From IMG/VR virus record IMGVR_UViG_3300014205_000181, positions 1-64,000 of that record: a stretch of DNA of 64,000 bases. The stretch is one strand, 5' to 3'. Origin of the DNA: a virus (taxonomy: Duplodnaviria; Caudoviricetes). The notes under the pieces are model-generated. The model worked only from the letters and a program-made list of their open reading frames with translations. It searched no databases and had not been told where the DNA came from. Made by a program: the position numbers and the translations under genes. Every line of letters starts with the position of its first letter. The first letter of the stretch is position 1. Of this stretch, positions 20,943-31,137 are shown piece after piece.

Positions 20943-21332
20943 TTATACATAATATACGAATACCTTTAGATTCAATTCTTTAGCTGTGTTAATCATATTA
21001 TGAGTTCCTTTACTTTTACCATCCCATAAAGCGATCAATGCCTCTGCATTTTCCGCCATTTGTCTATTTCTTCGATGTCCAGCCTTAGCATCATAAGGTT
21101 TACCATTTCTTCCTATTTTTATAACAGCATCGGGGTGAGATAAATCCTCCCAATCTGCTGGGTATGGATCTATTGTAATTTTATGTCTATTTGCATAAAA
21201 TTCACCTAATTTATCTGCTCCTCTAGCTCTACCGCTTATTACTGTAGATATAGTAAAACCTGACTCTTTAACTGCTTTTATGAGATTTATATAATTTGTT
21301 GCGTCTCTCGATCCAGCTATGATTGTTTTAAC
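20943..21332 (-). CDS. SLOG-superfamily (DUF2493/YspA-like) protein lacking a canonical start codon
   Basis: Manual translation VKTIIAGSR...VISGRARGAD...YPADW...AGHRRNRQM...ALWDGKSKGTHNMI; first codon would be GTT. Confidence 0.75.
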   Translation of the reverse strand, partial: VKTIIAGSRDATNYINLIKAVKESGFTISTVISGRARGADKLGEFYANRHKITIDPYPADWEDLSHPDAVIKIGRNGKPYDAKAGHRRNRQMAENAEALIALWDGKSKGTHNMINTAKELNLKVFVYYV

Positions 21333-21353
21333 AGTTAACCCTTAATTTGATAT

Positions 21354-21662
21354 TCAACTCATAAATACAACTTCTTTGATTCCATATTTATCCATTACCT
21401 TCTTACAATTATCACAGCAATATGTGTGACCGAATAAATATAGCGTTAATCCTTTAGCAAATTCTCCGGCATTTACACAAGCATTAACTTCCGCATGATT
21501 TGTTTGCTGACAAATATCTTTACACAATTCATATCCTGTACCGGATTCCATGTTTTGTCTTGGGCATACTTCTTGTGGGGTTAGGCAATTATTCGTGCCA
21601 TAAAATATTTTATCTTTATTTACGATAACGGCTAGGACTGTTTGTTTATCGCATTTACCCAT
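21354..21662 (-). CDS. dCMP/cytidine deaminase-like zinc protein
   Basis: HAE and CxxC zinc motif. Confidence 0.75.
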   Translation of the reverse strand: MGKCDKQTVLAVIVNKDKIFYGTNNCLTPQEVCPRQNMESGTGYELCKDICQQTNHAEVNACVNAGEFAKGLTLYLFGHTYCCDNCKKVMDKYGIKEVVFMS

Positions 21663-22906
21663 TATTTAATGCCTTTGAAAATATGAGCAATTACATCAAC
21701 TGTCCATCCGTTACCTAGCATTTTATATCTTTGTGAATTACTAACACAGTCTGTATAATTATCTGGAACAGTTTGTAGCCTTTCGCATTCTATTGGGGTT
21801 AGTTTCCTCCAACCAATAGAATTATCATTAACCCACATATTGCCATTTGAATAATTAGTCCTTATAGTTGTTGACTTATCCCCCTTCAATTGTTTTTTAT
21901 TATACGGATCACAAAATAATGAGTCTGTGTTGGCTACATACTTTTCAATACTACCTTCTGAAATTTTATATTTTATAATATCTTCTGATATTAATACGTT
22001 ACCTACTCCGGCAGTACCTCCACTATTGGAAGATAGAGTTGGAGATTTCCCTAAAACAGAATAAATTCTTTCTCCTTGTGAGAAATTGCGTTGAAGATTC
22101 TTCCCGTCATCTAACCACTTTTTATTCTTATTTAATCCTCCAATACAAATCAACCCATCATTAGATTTATGATTTTCTATCTTGGTAACACCATTGTCAT
22201 ATATGGCATAATTACCGGATGTACATTCTCTTAAAGAATCAAATTTATCTTTCTCTTTGATACCACCTTTATTCCAACCATGCGGCTTCTCAAAAACTAA
22301 TTGTCTCCTACTATCTGAAAAGTAACTTTTCAGATTTCCGCCCTTGAAGTAATTAGCATCTACACAATAACTTTTATCTCTATCAACCAATCCATGCTCT
22401 ATAATATCTTTTAAGAAAATCCATTTATCTTCTGGTTGATCTATATCAGGAATATTTGTCCAATAAAGTCTTTTTCTATTCTGGGCAGATACTAAAGAAG
22501 AATTTATCATAATTGGCTCAACACCTAGTAACTCTGAAATTACATCTTGATATTCTTTCTTCATTTTAACATTTTCTAGAAGGAAATACTTAGGATTTAA
22601 TTCATTTTTCAACCTTACGAATTCAAAGAAAAGTTTACTTCTTGGGTCTTCAAAATTTAATTGTTTTCCAGCAAAGCTAAATCCCTGGCATGGACTACCA
22701 CCAATAAGCAAATCAATTTTAGGTAAGTCTTCTACTTTAACATCAACTACAGAGCCAATGTGTTTAGTATTAGGATAATTTTTCTGAGTTACTTTAATTG
22801 CATACTTATCAATTTCGGAAGCATAATAATTATCTACTTTTATACCTGTTCGTTCCAAAGCAATTTGACCACAAGACATTCCATCGAAGACGGATAATAC
22901 ATTCAT
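21662..22906 (-). CDS. DNA (cytosine-5) methyltransferase
   Basis: FDGMSCG, GGSPCQ, LENV, QxRxR, RKLTPIECERLQ, LGNGW. Confidence 0.95.
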   Translation of the reverse strand: MNVLSVFDGMSCGQIALERTGIKVDNYYASEIDKYAIKVTQKNYPNTKHIGSVVDVKVEDLPKIDLLIGGSPCQGFSFAGKQLNFEDPRSKLFFEFVRLKNELNPKYFLLENVKMKKEYQDVISELLGVEPIMINSSLVSAQNRKRLYWTNIPDIDQPEDKWIFLKDIIEHGLVDRDKSYCVDANYFKGGNLKSYFSDSRRQLVFEKPHGWNKGGIKEKDKFDSLRECTSGNYAIYDNGVTKIENHKSNDGLICIGGLNKNKKWLDDGKNLQRNFSQGERIYSVLGKSPTLSSNSGGTAGVGNVLISEDIIKYKISEGSIEKYVANTDSLFCDPYNKKQLKGDKSTTIRTNYSNGNMWVNDNSIGWRKLTPIECERLQTVPDNYTDCVSNSQRYKMLGNGWTVDVIAHIFKGIK

Positions 22907-23139
22907 TCGTAAATTCTCCTGTTCTCAATTGAAGCTAATTGTTCATATCCACATCTATCAATTATATTTAAATTTTTCATATTTCTACTTCTGCTTATAA
23001 GAGGCATACATTTTGATCTGCCAATAGCACAACCAACACCAATAAAAGAACCATTACCAATATGCCATTCCACCATTTGCATCTGAATTTCTGTTAAATC
23101 TTCACAATATTTACTAATAAAATCTAATTCATTCACTGA

Positions 23140-23547
23140 TCAATGCTCCTCATATTTAATTTTAGCGTTTAGAAAATACTCTTCGGCACTTCTTATATCT
23201 TCCTTTAATTTATTACTTGATTTTCTTAATTTATATACATCATGTGCCGCTTCAGTGTATAATTCAATAATATCTTTATTTATGTAAATTTTTCTATTTT
23301 TCTGTTTCTTATTTTTTATAATAATATAATGCCATTCCTCTAAAATAGCGAGTAGTCTTGAAACCGTCCTCTCATCCACAAAGAGTAGTTTAGAAAAATA
23401 TTGGTTCCCGGCAAAACATCCATCTTTATTGCTGCTAAAATAATATATAATACTATACAACTTCTTAGCCATTTCTTGTATATTAATATTATAAACTATC
23501 CATTCGTGATAAGTATAGTGTGGTATTTTTGATTTCTGTTCTTTCAT
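23140..23547 (-). CDS. Winged-HTH protein resembling a phage replication initiator N-terminus
   Basis: KLY.II...GCFAGNQYF...VDERTVSRLL..LE...YI. Confidence 0.65.
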   Translation of the reverse strand: MKEQKSKIPHYTYHEWIVYNINIQEMAKKLYSIIYYFSSNKDGCFAGNQYFSKLLFVDERTVSRLLAILEEWHYIIIKNKKQKNRKIYINKDIIELYTEAAHDVYKLRKSSNKLKEDIRSAEEYFLNAKIKYEEH

Positions 23548-23571
23548 TTTATCCTCTTTAGTTAAGAGCAA

Positions 23572-23600
23572 ATTATAATCACGATGTTTTGAAATGTCAA
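23572..23600 (-). promoter_or_regulatory. Consensus sigma70 promoter
   Basis: TTGACA-17-TATAAT. Confidence 0.8.
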
Positions 23601-23631
23601 GGCTAAATAGTAGACATTTGTGTCATTTGAG

Positions 23632-23682
23632 ACGGACATTTCGGTCAGATGCTAGTGAAAATAAAATGACCGAAATGTCCGT
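23632..23682. repeat. Perfect 16-bp inverted repeat (ori/operator candidate)
   Basis: ACGGACATTTCGGTCA-N19-TGACCGAAATGTCCGT; related GACATTTGTGTCA at 23613. Confidence 0.8.
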
Positions 23683-23862
23683 ATAATAGAAGAGTATAAT
23701 AATGTACTAATAAATACATTAATAGTATTTTCTAAAGAAAATACAAGAAGCGTTTTTAATTTAACACATATCGTTAGTTGCTGGCGCAACTAATTAACGG
23801 GCCAAAGGCCCGTTAATTCCAATTCTATTTATTTTTGTTCCAATTGTTTATTGCGTAATTTA

Positions 23863-23892
23863 TTAAAGTTTTATATTAATTATGCCGATAAG
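23863..23892 (+). promoter_or_regulatory. sigma28/FliA-like promoter
   Basis: TTAAAGTTTTATATTAATTATGCCGATAAG; 32 bp identical to 25281-25312. Confidence 0.8.
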
Positions 23893-23964
23893 GACTATAA
23901 TTGACACATTAAATTGATTAAGAGTTAATTAATGGCATATAACACTCTAATTACTTTGATATAC

Positions 23965-23993
23965 TTGACAAATATACGTATCATGATTATTAT
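23965..23993 (+). promoter_or_regulatory. sigma70 promoter
   Basis: TTGACA-17-TATTAT. Confidence 0.6.
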
Positions 23994-24734
23994 ATAGCAA
24001 ATAACACTAAAGAGGAATTTATGGGTCAAGAAGACATTAAAATTGATGAAATACCATTTGGCGAATATTGTTATGAAATTCAAGATATTGATTTAAAAAC
24101 AATGATAGCAAAAATTAGAATATGCCCATTTTGGAGTAAAGACGAAACGAAGACAGAGCAAGAAAATGGATATTGTTCATATTTAGATCAAGGAGATTGG
24201 GATGGATTCGGCCTTTTATGGGATCAAGTGAAAGAATGTAGTATTAATTTATCTGAAGATATTTGAGGAATAAATATGTTAATTAGGGATACAAAAGAAG
24301 TATACCGTTTTAAAGTTGAAAACGCCGTTGGTAAAAATGCGACAGCTAAAAATGTCTTAGATTATTTATTCGGGGAATATCTTGACGAAAGAGGCAAGGC
24401 TAATTTCGTATTACGAGAGTGGAGCACAGATCATAAGACCGCTCTAAATAGAATTAATATGTTTTGGGCTATTCCATTCACGTTGATATGTTCTCCATAT
24501 CGGTATATTACTAAAGGCTTTATTGGCTGGGATACTAAAACTGTGCTCGGTAGATTTATTTTAAGAGTAACTGGACATTTGCGAGAAACTTAAGGAGGGA
24601 TATTATGTTTCAATATCTTTGCAGGACTTGTAATCATATCTTTTGTAATTCTGATGGGTGTTTGTCTTATCCATGTGAGAAATGTGGTTGTGAAGCTAAG
24701 AGAATTAATTAGTATATTTTAGTTGGTATTCATT

Positions 24735-25085
24735 ATGAAAGAATTATTATCTTCAATCACGAAGAAAGATTTCAAAATTGACTTTTTCTCCGGTACAGGG
24801 GCAGGAGGTCAACACAGAAATAAACACCAGAATTGTGTAAGATTAACTCACATTGATTCTGGTGTAATGTCTACGGGACAATCAAGTAGAGATAGGATTG
24901 CTAACCAAAGAGAAGTATTTGAATCATTAGTAAATAATCCTAAATTCAAATTATGGCACAATCAAAAATGTATAGAATTAATGACGGGCAAAACAATCGA
25001 ACAAAAAGTTGATGAATCTATGGTAGAAGAAAATCTTAAATTTGAATGTAGAGACGCCGAAAGCGGAATATGGATAAATTTTTAA
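24735..25085 (+). CDS. Peptide chain release factor-like protein (GGQ domain, ArfB/PrfH-like)
   Basis: SGTGAGGQHRNKHQNCVRLTH...SRDRIANQR. Confidence 0.85.
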   Translation: MKELLSSITKKDFKIDFFSGTGAGGQHRNKHQNCVRLTHIDSGVMSTGQSSRDRIANQREVFESLVNNPKFKLWHNQKCIELMTGKTIEQKVDESMVEENLKFECRDAESGIWINF

Positions 25086-25282
25086 AGGAACCAAAATGTT
25101 AGATGATTTTGACGAAGAAAGAGAAAAAAGAAATCACAAAAATAAAGGAAAGAAAAAATCTAAAGAATTGAGAGACAGATTTAATAAAATGCAAAAATAT
25201 AAAAAAGAAGAAGACGAATCTAAAGAAAATCTAAATAAATGGATCAGAGGAATTGACGATTCCGATTAAATATTAAAAAGTA

Positions 25283-25312
25283 TTAAAGTTTTATATTAAT
25301 TATGCCGATAAG
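25283..25312 (+). promoter_or_regulatory. sigma28/FliA-like promoter upstream of the packaging genes
   Basis: TAAA-N16-GCCGATAA. Confidence 0.8.
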
Positions 25313-25549
25313 TACAATTAGTAAATAGGAGGTTTTAAAAAATGTAATGAAAAATTCATTCGAAGATGATTCAAAATTTAAAGACATTCTAGAAAGACTA
25401 GAAACTGAAGTCAATTCATTTCAAGAAGAGATTATAAAACTAGACGAATTAGTTGATTATTTTCCAGAATTAGCCGTAGAAGCTACAGTAAAAAAAGACC
25501 AGCTTGAAGAAATAATTGAAAAAATTCAAGAGATAATTGAAGATTATTC

Positions 25550-26269
25550 ATGAAAACCAAAAAAGTAAAAGTTATCACGACTGATTTAAGCACGGACTTA
25601 GATACCGAACAACCACAAAATCCAGCAACATATTCTGACTATATTCAAGAAACAGAAGATATGATAAATAGCACTGATTATAGTGCTGACGAATTTAACC
25701 AAGCAATAAAAATTATTCAATCAATAACCGATGCAGATGAATTGCCTTGGAAGGTTCAAAGATTCTGCTCTGAATATGTTGTCCACTACGATGGACAGAA
25801 ATCAGCTATAAAGGCTGGATGGCCAGAATGGAATGCTAATACATTTGCAAAAAGGTTATTATCTCATCCAAGAGTCCGAGCAGAAATTGAACGCCTTCAA
25901 AAAAATGTAGCGACTAAACTTCAGATTACTCAAGAACGAGTCCTAGAAGAAATTGCACATATGGCCTACGGGAACGTTGCAAATTTTTATGATGAAGAAG
26001 GTGTATTAATTCCTGTTCATAAATTAGAGAAACATATTAGTGCCAGTATTCAGGATATGGTCTATGATAGAGGCGGAAGATTACTAGGTTATAAACTAGC
26101 GGCGAAGAGTGTTGCCCTTGATGCCCTTTCTAAGACACTTGGTATATTCGATAAAGGTTCAGATAGAACTCTCCCAGTTGATTTAAAACAATTCCTCTCC
26201 ATGTTGCCACAAGAATTGCAAGAAACCATCCGCGTGGGATTAGCCAAACGCATTTCAAATAAGAAATAA
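25550..26269 (+). CDS. terS: Terminase small subunit
   Basis: RFCSEY..YDGQKSAIKAGW...AKRLL.HPRV...ITQERVLEEIA.MAY; position upstream of terL. Confidence 0.85.
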   Translation: MKTKKVKVITTDLSTDLDTEQPQNPATYSDYIQETEDMINSTDYSADEFNQAIKIIQSITDADELPWKVQRFCSEYVVHYDGQKSAIKAGWPEWNANTFAKRLLSHPRVRAEIERLQKNVATKLQITQERVLEEIAHMAYGNVANFYDEEGVLIPVHKLEKHISASIQDMVYDRGGRLLGYKLAAKSVALDALSKTLGIFDKGSDRTLPVDLKQFLSMLPQELQETIRVGLAKRISNKK

Positions 26270-26458
26270 TATGCTAGATTATTTAATTCATGTATCTAAA
26301 ATAGAATACGGTAGTACGGCTTATTACAGGTCATTCTTTATTTCTGAAAATAAAATAGAACCACTTTGTAATTGTAAAAATGGACATCAAGACCATTCTG
26401 ATGCTTTGTACTGTAAAAAAGCAGTTAAGAAAGGTATAGAATATGTTGTGAATTGTGT

Positions 26459-28180
26459 ATGATTGATTTCGATGATGATATTTTAGATAATTTAGCGAGT
26501 ATATTTGGCGAAGATCAGATAAAAGAAGTGGTCGAGGGTAACTTAACTAGATATCAGAATGACCCTGTAGGATTCATGAAGAATGTTCTAAAAATAGAAC
26601 ACATAAGCGATGATTTAATTAGTGCTTGTGAAAGCGTTTTAAAAAATAAAATTACTATTGCTCAATCTGCAAATGCAACAGGTAAAACATGGCTCCTTGG
26701 ACATCTAGCGATTTGGTTTTATTTATGTTTCGAAGAATCGCAGGTAATAATGATTGCATCCCCTCCAGAGAGTAACCTTAAGGAGAAGAGCTTTGCTGAG
26801 GTTCTAAAGGTATTTTATAAGAATAAACATCTCTTTGACGGTAAGCATGTAGTAACAACTCTTAAAATAGCAGAAAGTGGCAAGGGAACTGATGCCAACC
26901 CGAAGCATTTTATTATTGGGAAAGCAATCCCTTCTTCTGGCTCTCCCGAAGAAAGGACTGCTAAGTTCTCTGGGAGCCACTCTCCCCAGATGCTCGTCTT
27001 AGTCGATGAGGCAAATGGGTGTCCCGATGAGATTTTCGTAGCACTCGAAGGTGTTTTGTCTGGGTCTTGGAATAAAATGTTTTGTACATTAAATCCAAGA
27101 CAAAAATCTGGAGCTTGCTACCAGATGACAAAAACTGATAAAGCAAATACATTAGTGCTATCGGCATTTTCTCATCCGAATGTCGTGACTGGGGAAGATA
27201 TTGTTCCAGGAGCTGTAAGCCGTGAGAAAACGGTACAACGGATTACTGAGTGGACCCAACCATTACCGGATGGTGAAGAACCCACGAGAGATTGTTTTGA
27301 AGTACCAGAATATTTAGTCGGATGTTCTGCAATATCTGGCTCAGGAAAACAACTAGAAACATTAGCGGCTGGATGGAGAAGGATAACATATCCACCCTTT
27401 TCGACAATAGTATTAGGCCAGTACCCATCAACAGATGCTAATACATTAATTGATGAGACATGGATTGATGCGGCGGTGTCAAGATGGAAACTATACACAG
27501 CACAATATGGGAAAGATAGTACAAAGGGGATAAATTGTGTGCTAGGCTGTGATATAGCGGATCAAGGTATGGACTTCTGCTGTGTAGCAAAAAGATATGG
27601 GAGTTATATTTCTGGATTTGAAAGATGGCGTGGATTAGACTTAGATATATCTAGCGATAAAATATCTCAAATATATATATCTGCTAATGCTTATCAGTGT
27701 AACGTAGAGGCGGACGGTATAGGTGCTGCAATTCCCCCTAAAGTGTCAAGACAAGGATTTTGGAAGTGTGAGAATAAAGAATGCGAAGGGTATGACACTA
27801 ATTATATTGACGATAATGTATTTAAGTGCCCCATTTGTCAAAAAGAAATGTCTAGGAAACATATTAACGTAAGAAAAGTATATGTTTCCTCCCCTTCTAA
27901 TAAAAAATGTGATCTGGGTAAGTTTGGGTTAGTTAGGGATGAGTTGTACTGGCTAGTTGCGGATTGGCTTAAAAGAGATCCATCGGCCATGATTCCAGAT
28001 ATTCCAGAATTGAGAGAGGAGATGTTAGCCTTCGAGTATTTTGAAGATCAAAGTTCTGGGAAAATTAAGGTTTCTGATAAAAAATCAGTAGTTAAAAAAA
28101 TACAGAGAAGTCCTGACTATTTCGCATCACTAATTCAATGTTTTTTCGAACCAAAAATTCCAAGCATTAGGGTAATATGA
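26459..28180 (+). CDS. terL: Terminase large subunit
   Basis: SANATGKT, VLVDEA, TLNP, LGCDIA, EADGIG, RSPD. Confidence 0.92.
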   Translation: MIDFDDDILDNLASIFGEDQIKEVVEGNLTRYQNDPVGFMKNVLKIEHISDDLISACESVLKNKITIAQSANATGKTWLLGHLAIWFYLCFEESQVIMIASPPESNLKEKSFAEVLKVFYKNKHLFDGKHVVTTLKIAESGKGTDANPKHFIIGKAIPSSGSPEERTAKFSGSHSPQMLVLVDEANGCPDEIFVALEGVLSGSWNKMFCTLNPRQKSGACYQMTKTDKANTLVLSAFSHPNVVTGEDIVPGAVSREKTVQRITEWTQPLPDGEEPTRDCFEVPEYLVGCSAISGSGKQLETLAAGWRRITYPPFSTIVLGQYPSTDANTLIDETWIDAAVSRWKLYTAQYGKDSTKGINCVLGCDIADQGMDFCCVAKRYGSYISGFERWRGLDLDISSDKISQIYISANAYQCNVEADGIGAAIPPKVSRQGFWKCENKECEGYDTNYIDDNVFKCPICQKEMSRKHINVRKVYVSSPSNKKCDLGKFGLVRDELYWLVADWLKRDPSAMIPDIPELREEMLAFEYFEDQSSGKIKVSDKKSVVKKIQRSPDYFASLIQCFFEPKIPSIRVI

Positions 28181-28508
28181 AAATTAAAGAAATGTTCCAA
28201 AAACTATTAACATTTATTAAATTACTTCTCGCAGATAAAGAGGAAATTTATTACTTCCTTGAATGCAAATTAACAACCGAGTTTCCAAGAAGTATGATGA
28301 TTCCGTATAACGGAATTGAATTTTATGTAAAAGATTATTCAAGTAATGAGTTCTTTATTAAAAAAGAATTAAAATACTTTGAGCACCAATTATTTATTAT
28401 ATGTGAATATTTTGATTTTGATAAAAAGGAATTCTTAGAAAAGACATTCCATGAAGACTTTCTGAGAAATAGAATAAAAGTTTTGAGAATGATGGAGTAA
28501 CTTAATAT

Positions 28509-29888
28509 ATGGCGACACCATTTGATTTAGAAATAAAAGCTAGGCGGTCAAGTAATGCATCGACTAGAAAGACTTCTCTACCTTGGCTGAATCAATATCA
28601 GTACGGTAGAGAATTGTATAGTGATGATAATTTTTACGCAATGATAAATGCGTATAAGAGTTGGGTATATGTGGCGGCTAGTAAAAATGCTACAACGTGT
28701 GCGAGTACACCCCTGAGACTCTATGTTGCTAAAAATAACAAAGGTAGTCTAAAGGGGTATCCGACAAGGAAAGTAACGAAGCAAGCTGAAAGGTATTTAA
28801 GGGAAAATTCTTCGTTAGAGAATATTCCGGCGTTTAGGAAGGCGGTGGAGATTGAAGAGGTGCTTCAGCATCCGTTTTTGGATTTAAAAACTAATGTAAA
28901 CCCCTTTCTTAATTCATTTGATCTTATGGAAATGACTCAATTAAACCAGGAGCTTACAGGAAATGCGTACTGGCAAATCATCACAGATCGTATGGGGGTT
29001 CCAAAAGAAATTTGGATTATTCCAACTACCGACTGCAAAATAATCCCGCATCCCACAAAATTTATCTCTGGGTATAAATATATCAAAGGGTCAACAGAAA
29101 TAGATTTATCCGAAAAAGAGGTGATTCATTTCAAAATGCCAAATCCAAAATCTCAATATTATGGATTTGCACCTTTTTCATCTGTAGGTGATATATATAA
29201 TTTAGATCGTTCTATCAACGAATATGAGGAATCGATCTTTAGAAATGGTGGTACACTAAGTGGCATATTTGAGACGGAGGAGGCCCTTGGTGATCACGAG
29301 TATCAGAGATTGAAGGAAGAAATTAAAGAGAACTTCACTGGCAAAGCAAATGTTGGCAAAATGCCCCTCCTTGATAATGGGCTAAAATATAAACAATTAG
29401 GTACTTCCCCCAAGGAGATGTCCCATTTGGGTGGCAGAGAGTATGTCAAAGAATCTATCCTCAATGCTTTTGGCATCAGTTTGGGTATGTTTTCAAAAGA
29501 CTCGAATAGGGCCAACGTCCAAGGTGCAATAAAACAGTACACGGAATTCACGATTAAACCGAGACTAATAAGATTTCAAGAAAAACTTAATGAAAAACTC
29601 ATTCCAATGTATGACGAAAAGCTTTTTGTAGCCTTTAATTCTCCAGTTCCTGAGGATGAGGAGTTTGCTCTTAATCAGAGAGTCAAGCACGTTAATTTTG
29701 GAATAGAAACGATAAATGAAGTGAGGAGAGAACTAGGGAAAGAACCATTTGATTCACGTTTTGACGAGCCGATTATTCCGGTAAATATGACCCATATTGA
29801 TAATATTCTTGCTAGTATTGCTAACGGCACAGGAGAAGGGAACATTGTCGATTCTCCTGGCAAAATGCTTAAATTATTAAATAGATAG
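28509..29888 (+). CDS. Portal protein (HK97 family)
   Basis: LTGNAYW, EVIHFK.PNP...YG..P, TINEVRRELGKEP. Confidence 0.92.
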   Translation: MATPFDLEIKARRSSNASTRKTSLPWLNQYQYGRELYSDDNFYAMINAYKSWVYVAASKNATTCASTPLRLYVAKNNKGSLKGYPTRKVTKQAERYLRENSSLENIPAFRKAVEIEEVLQHPFLDLKTNVNPFLNSFDLMEMTQLNQELTGNAYWQIITDRMGVPKEIWIIPTTDCKIIPHPTKFISGYKYIKGSTEIDLSEKEVIHFKMPNPKSQYYGFAPFSSVGDIYNLDRSINEYEESIFRNGGTLSGIFETEEALGDHEYQRLKEEIKENFTGKANVGKMPLLDNGLKYKQLGTSPKEMSHLGGREYVKESILNAFGISLGMFSKDSNRANVQGAIKQYTEFTIKPRLIRFQEKLNEKLIPMYDEKLFVAFNSPVPEDEEFALNQRVKHVNFGIETINEVRRELGKEPFDSRFDEPIIPVNMTHIDNILASIANGTGEGNIVDSPGKMLKLLNR

Positions 29889-29890
29889 CT

Positions 29891-29986
29891 ATTAAGCGGA
29901 TAGGCTGACGGGCCGATAAATTAGCATTCCGAACTAATTTCCGCTTAATTTTTAAAATCGGAATAAATGCTACGGAGGTATTTATG
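29891..29986 (+). promoter_or_regulatory. Endonuclease-leader RNA motif, copy A
   Basis: P1 ATTAAGCGGA/TCCGCTTAAT; TAGGC-N6-GCCGATA; P3 AATTAG/CTAATT; loop ATTCCGA complementary to TCGGAAT at 29958. Confidence 0.75.
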
Positions 29987-31050
29987 AAAAAACTAAAATA
30001 TGTAAAGAGTGTAAAACTGAGAAAAATTCATCCGAATTTTATAATATGAAAAATACAAAGGATGGGTTACACATAAACTGTAAAGATTGTTGTTGTAAAA
30101 TATCGAGAGATAAAAGAAAGGAATATAGGAATAATTTAATTATAAGAGATCTTAAAGAAAATAAAAAATGTAGGATATGTGGAATAATAAAAGATATTGC
30201 GGAATTTCATAAAAACAAATCGTCGTTTGATGGTCGTGCATATATTTGTTCAGATTGCGCTTGTAACGAGAGTAAAAGATATAGAGGTATGTATAAAGAA
30301 ATTAATGAGATAGGGAATATCTGCCATGATGTGAAAAGATGTAGCCATTGTAAGGAAGAAAAAGAGATAGAAAATTTTAATTCAGATATTTCAAGTTTTG
30401 GAGGATTTGACAAATATTGTAAAGAATGTCGTTCTATCATGAATAAAGAATATTCTGAGAAAAATAAAGATAGGATTTCTGAATTTAGGAAAATAAATTA
30501 TATAAAAAATAGAGATTTAATTTTAGATAGACAGAGAAAATCTATGGAGGATATTGCGACATTTGCTAGATTTGGGCATAGATTGACTTCTGAAGAAGAG
30601 GCAATAGAAGGGGAAAATGGGGCTTTGTTGATTAAATGTACACATTGTAAAAAATATCATGTACAGAAAAACAAAGTAGTCCTGAATAGAATTGCTGCAT
30701 TAAATACCCCAGGCGGTAGCGAATCGAGGATTTATTGTTCTGACCAATGTAAACAAGATTGCGACATTTATTGGGCAAAGCTAATCCCCAAATCGCTTAG
30801 GAATATTGCAAGCAAATCTCGCTGTAACCAGAATAGAGTAAGAGAAATTTTACTAGATATTCAATTTGACGAAATGGGATGTAACTGGTGCGACAAATGC
30901 GGTGATATATTTGGACCAGAAGATTTATTCTTCCACCACAATATCCCGATTGGTGATGACCCAACAGAATACGATAACGCAGCTCATTATATGCTTGTTT
31001 GTAAAGATCATCACGAACATAAAGGTTGTCTTGGAAATAAATATGAATAA
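29984..31050 (+). CDS. Zn-finger-repeat/HNH-like endonuclease with an apparent frameshift just after the start
   Basis: Repeated C-x2-C...EF...DG...C-x2-C units; C-terminal CDKC...HH...LVCKDHH; the RBS-linked ATG at 29984 is out of frame with the main ORF (30046..31050). Confidence 0.65.
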
Positions 31051-31137
31051 TTCTCTACCACTAGAGAATCTATAAAGGCAACTCTGAGCCAGTCTGACGA
31101 ATCAGAGATTCTTTTAATCAAAACGGGAGAAGAAACT

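Noticed and set aside
31082-31108. Hairpin CTCTGA...TCAGAG containing CTGACGA (hammerhead-like core)
   Set aside because: No matching GAAA and three-stem arrangement found
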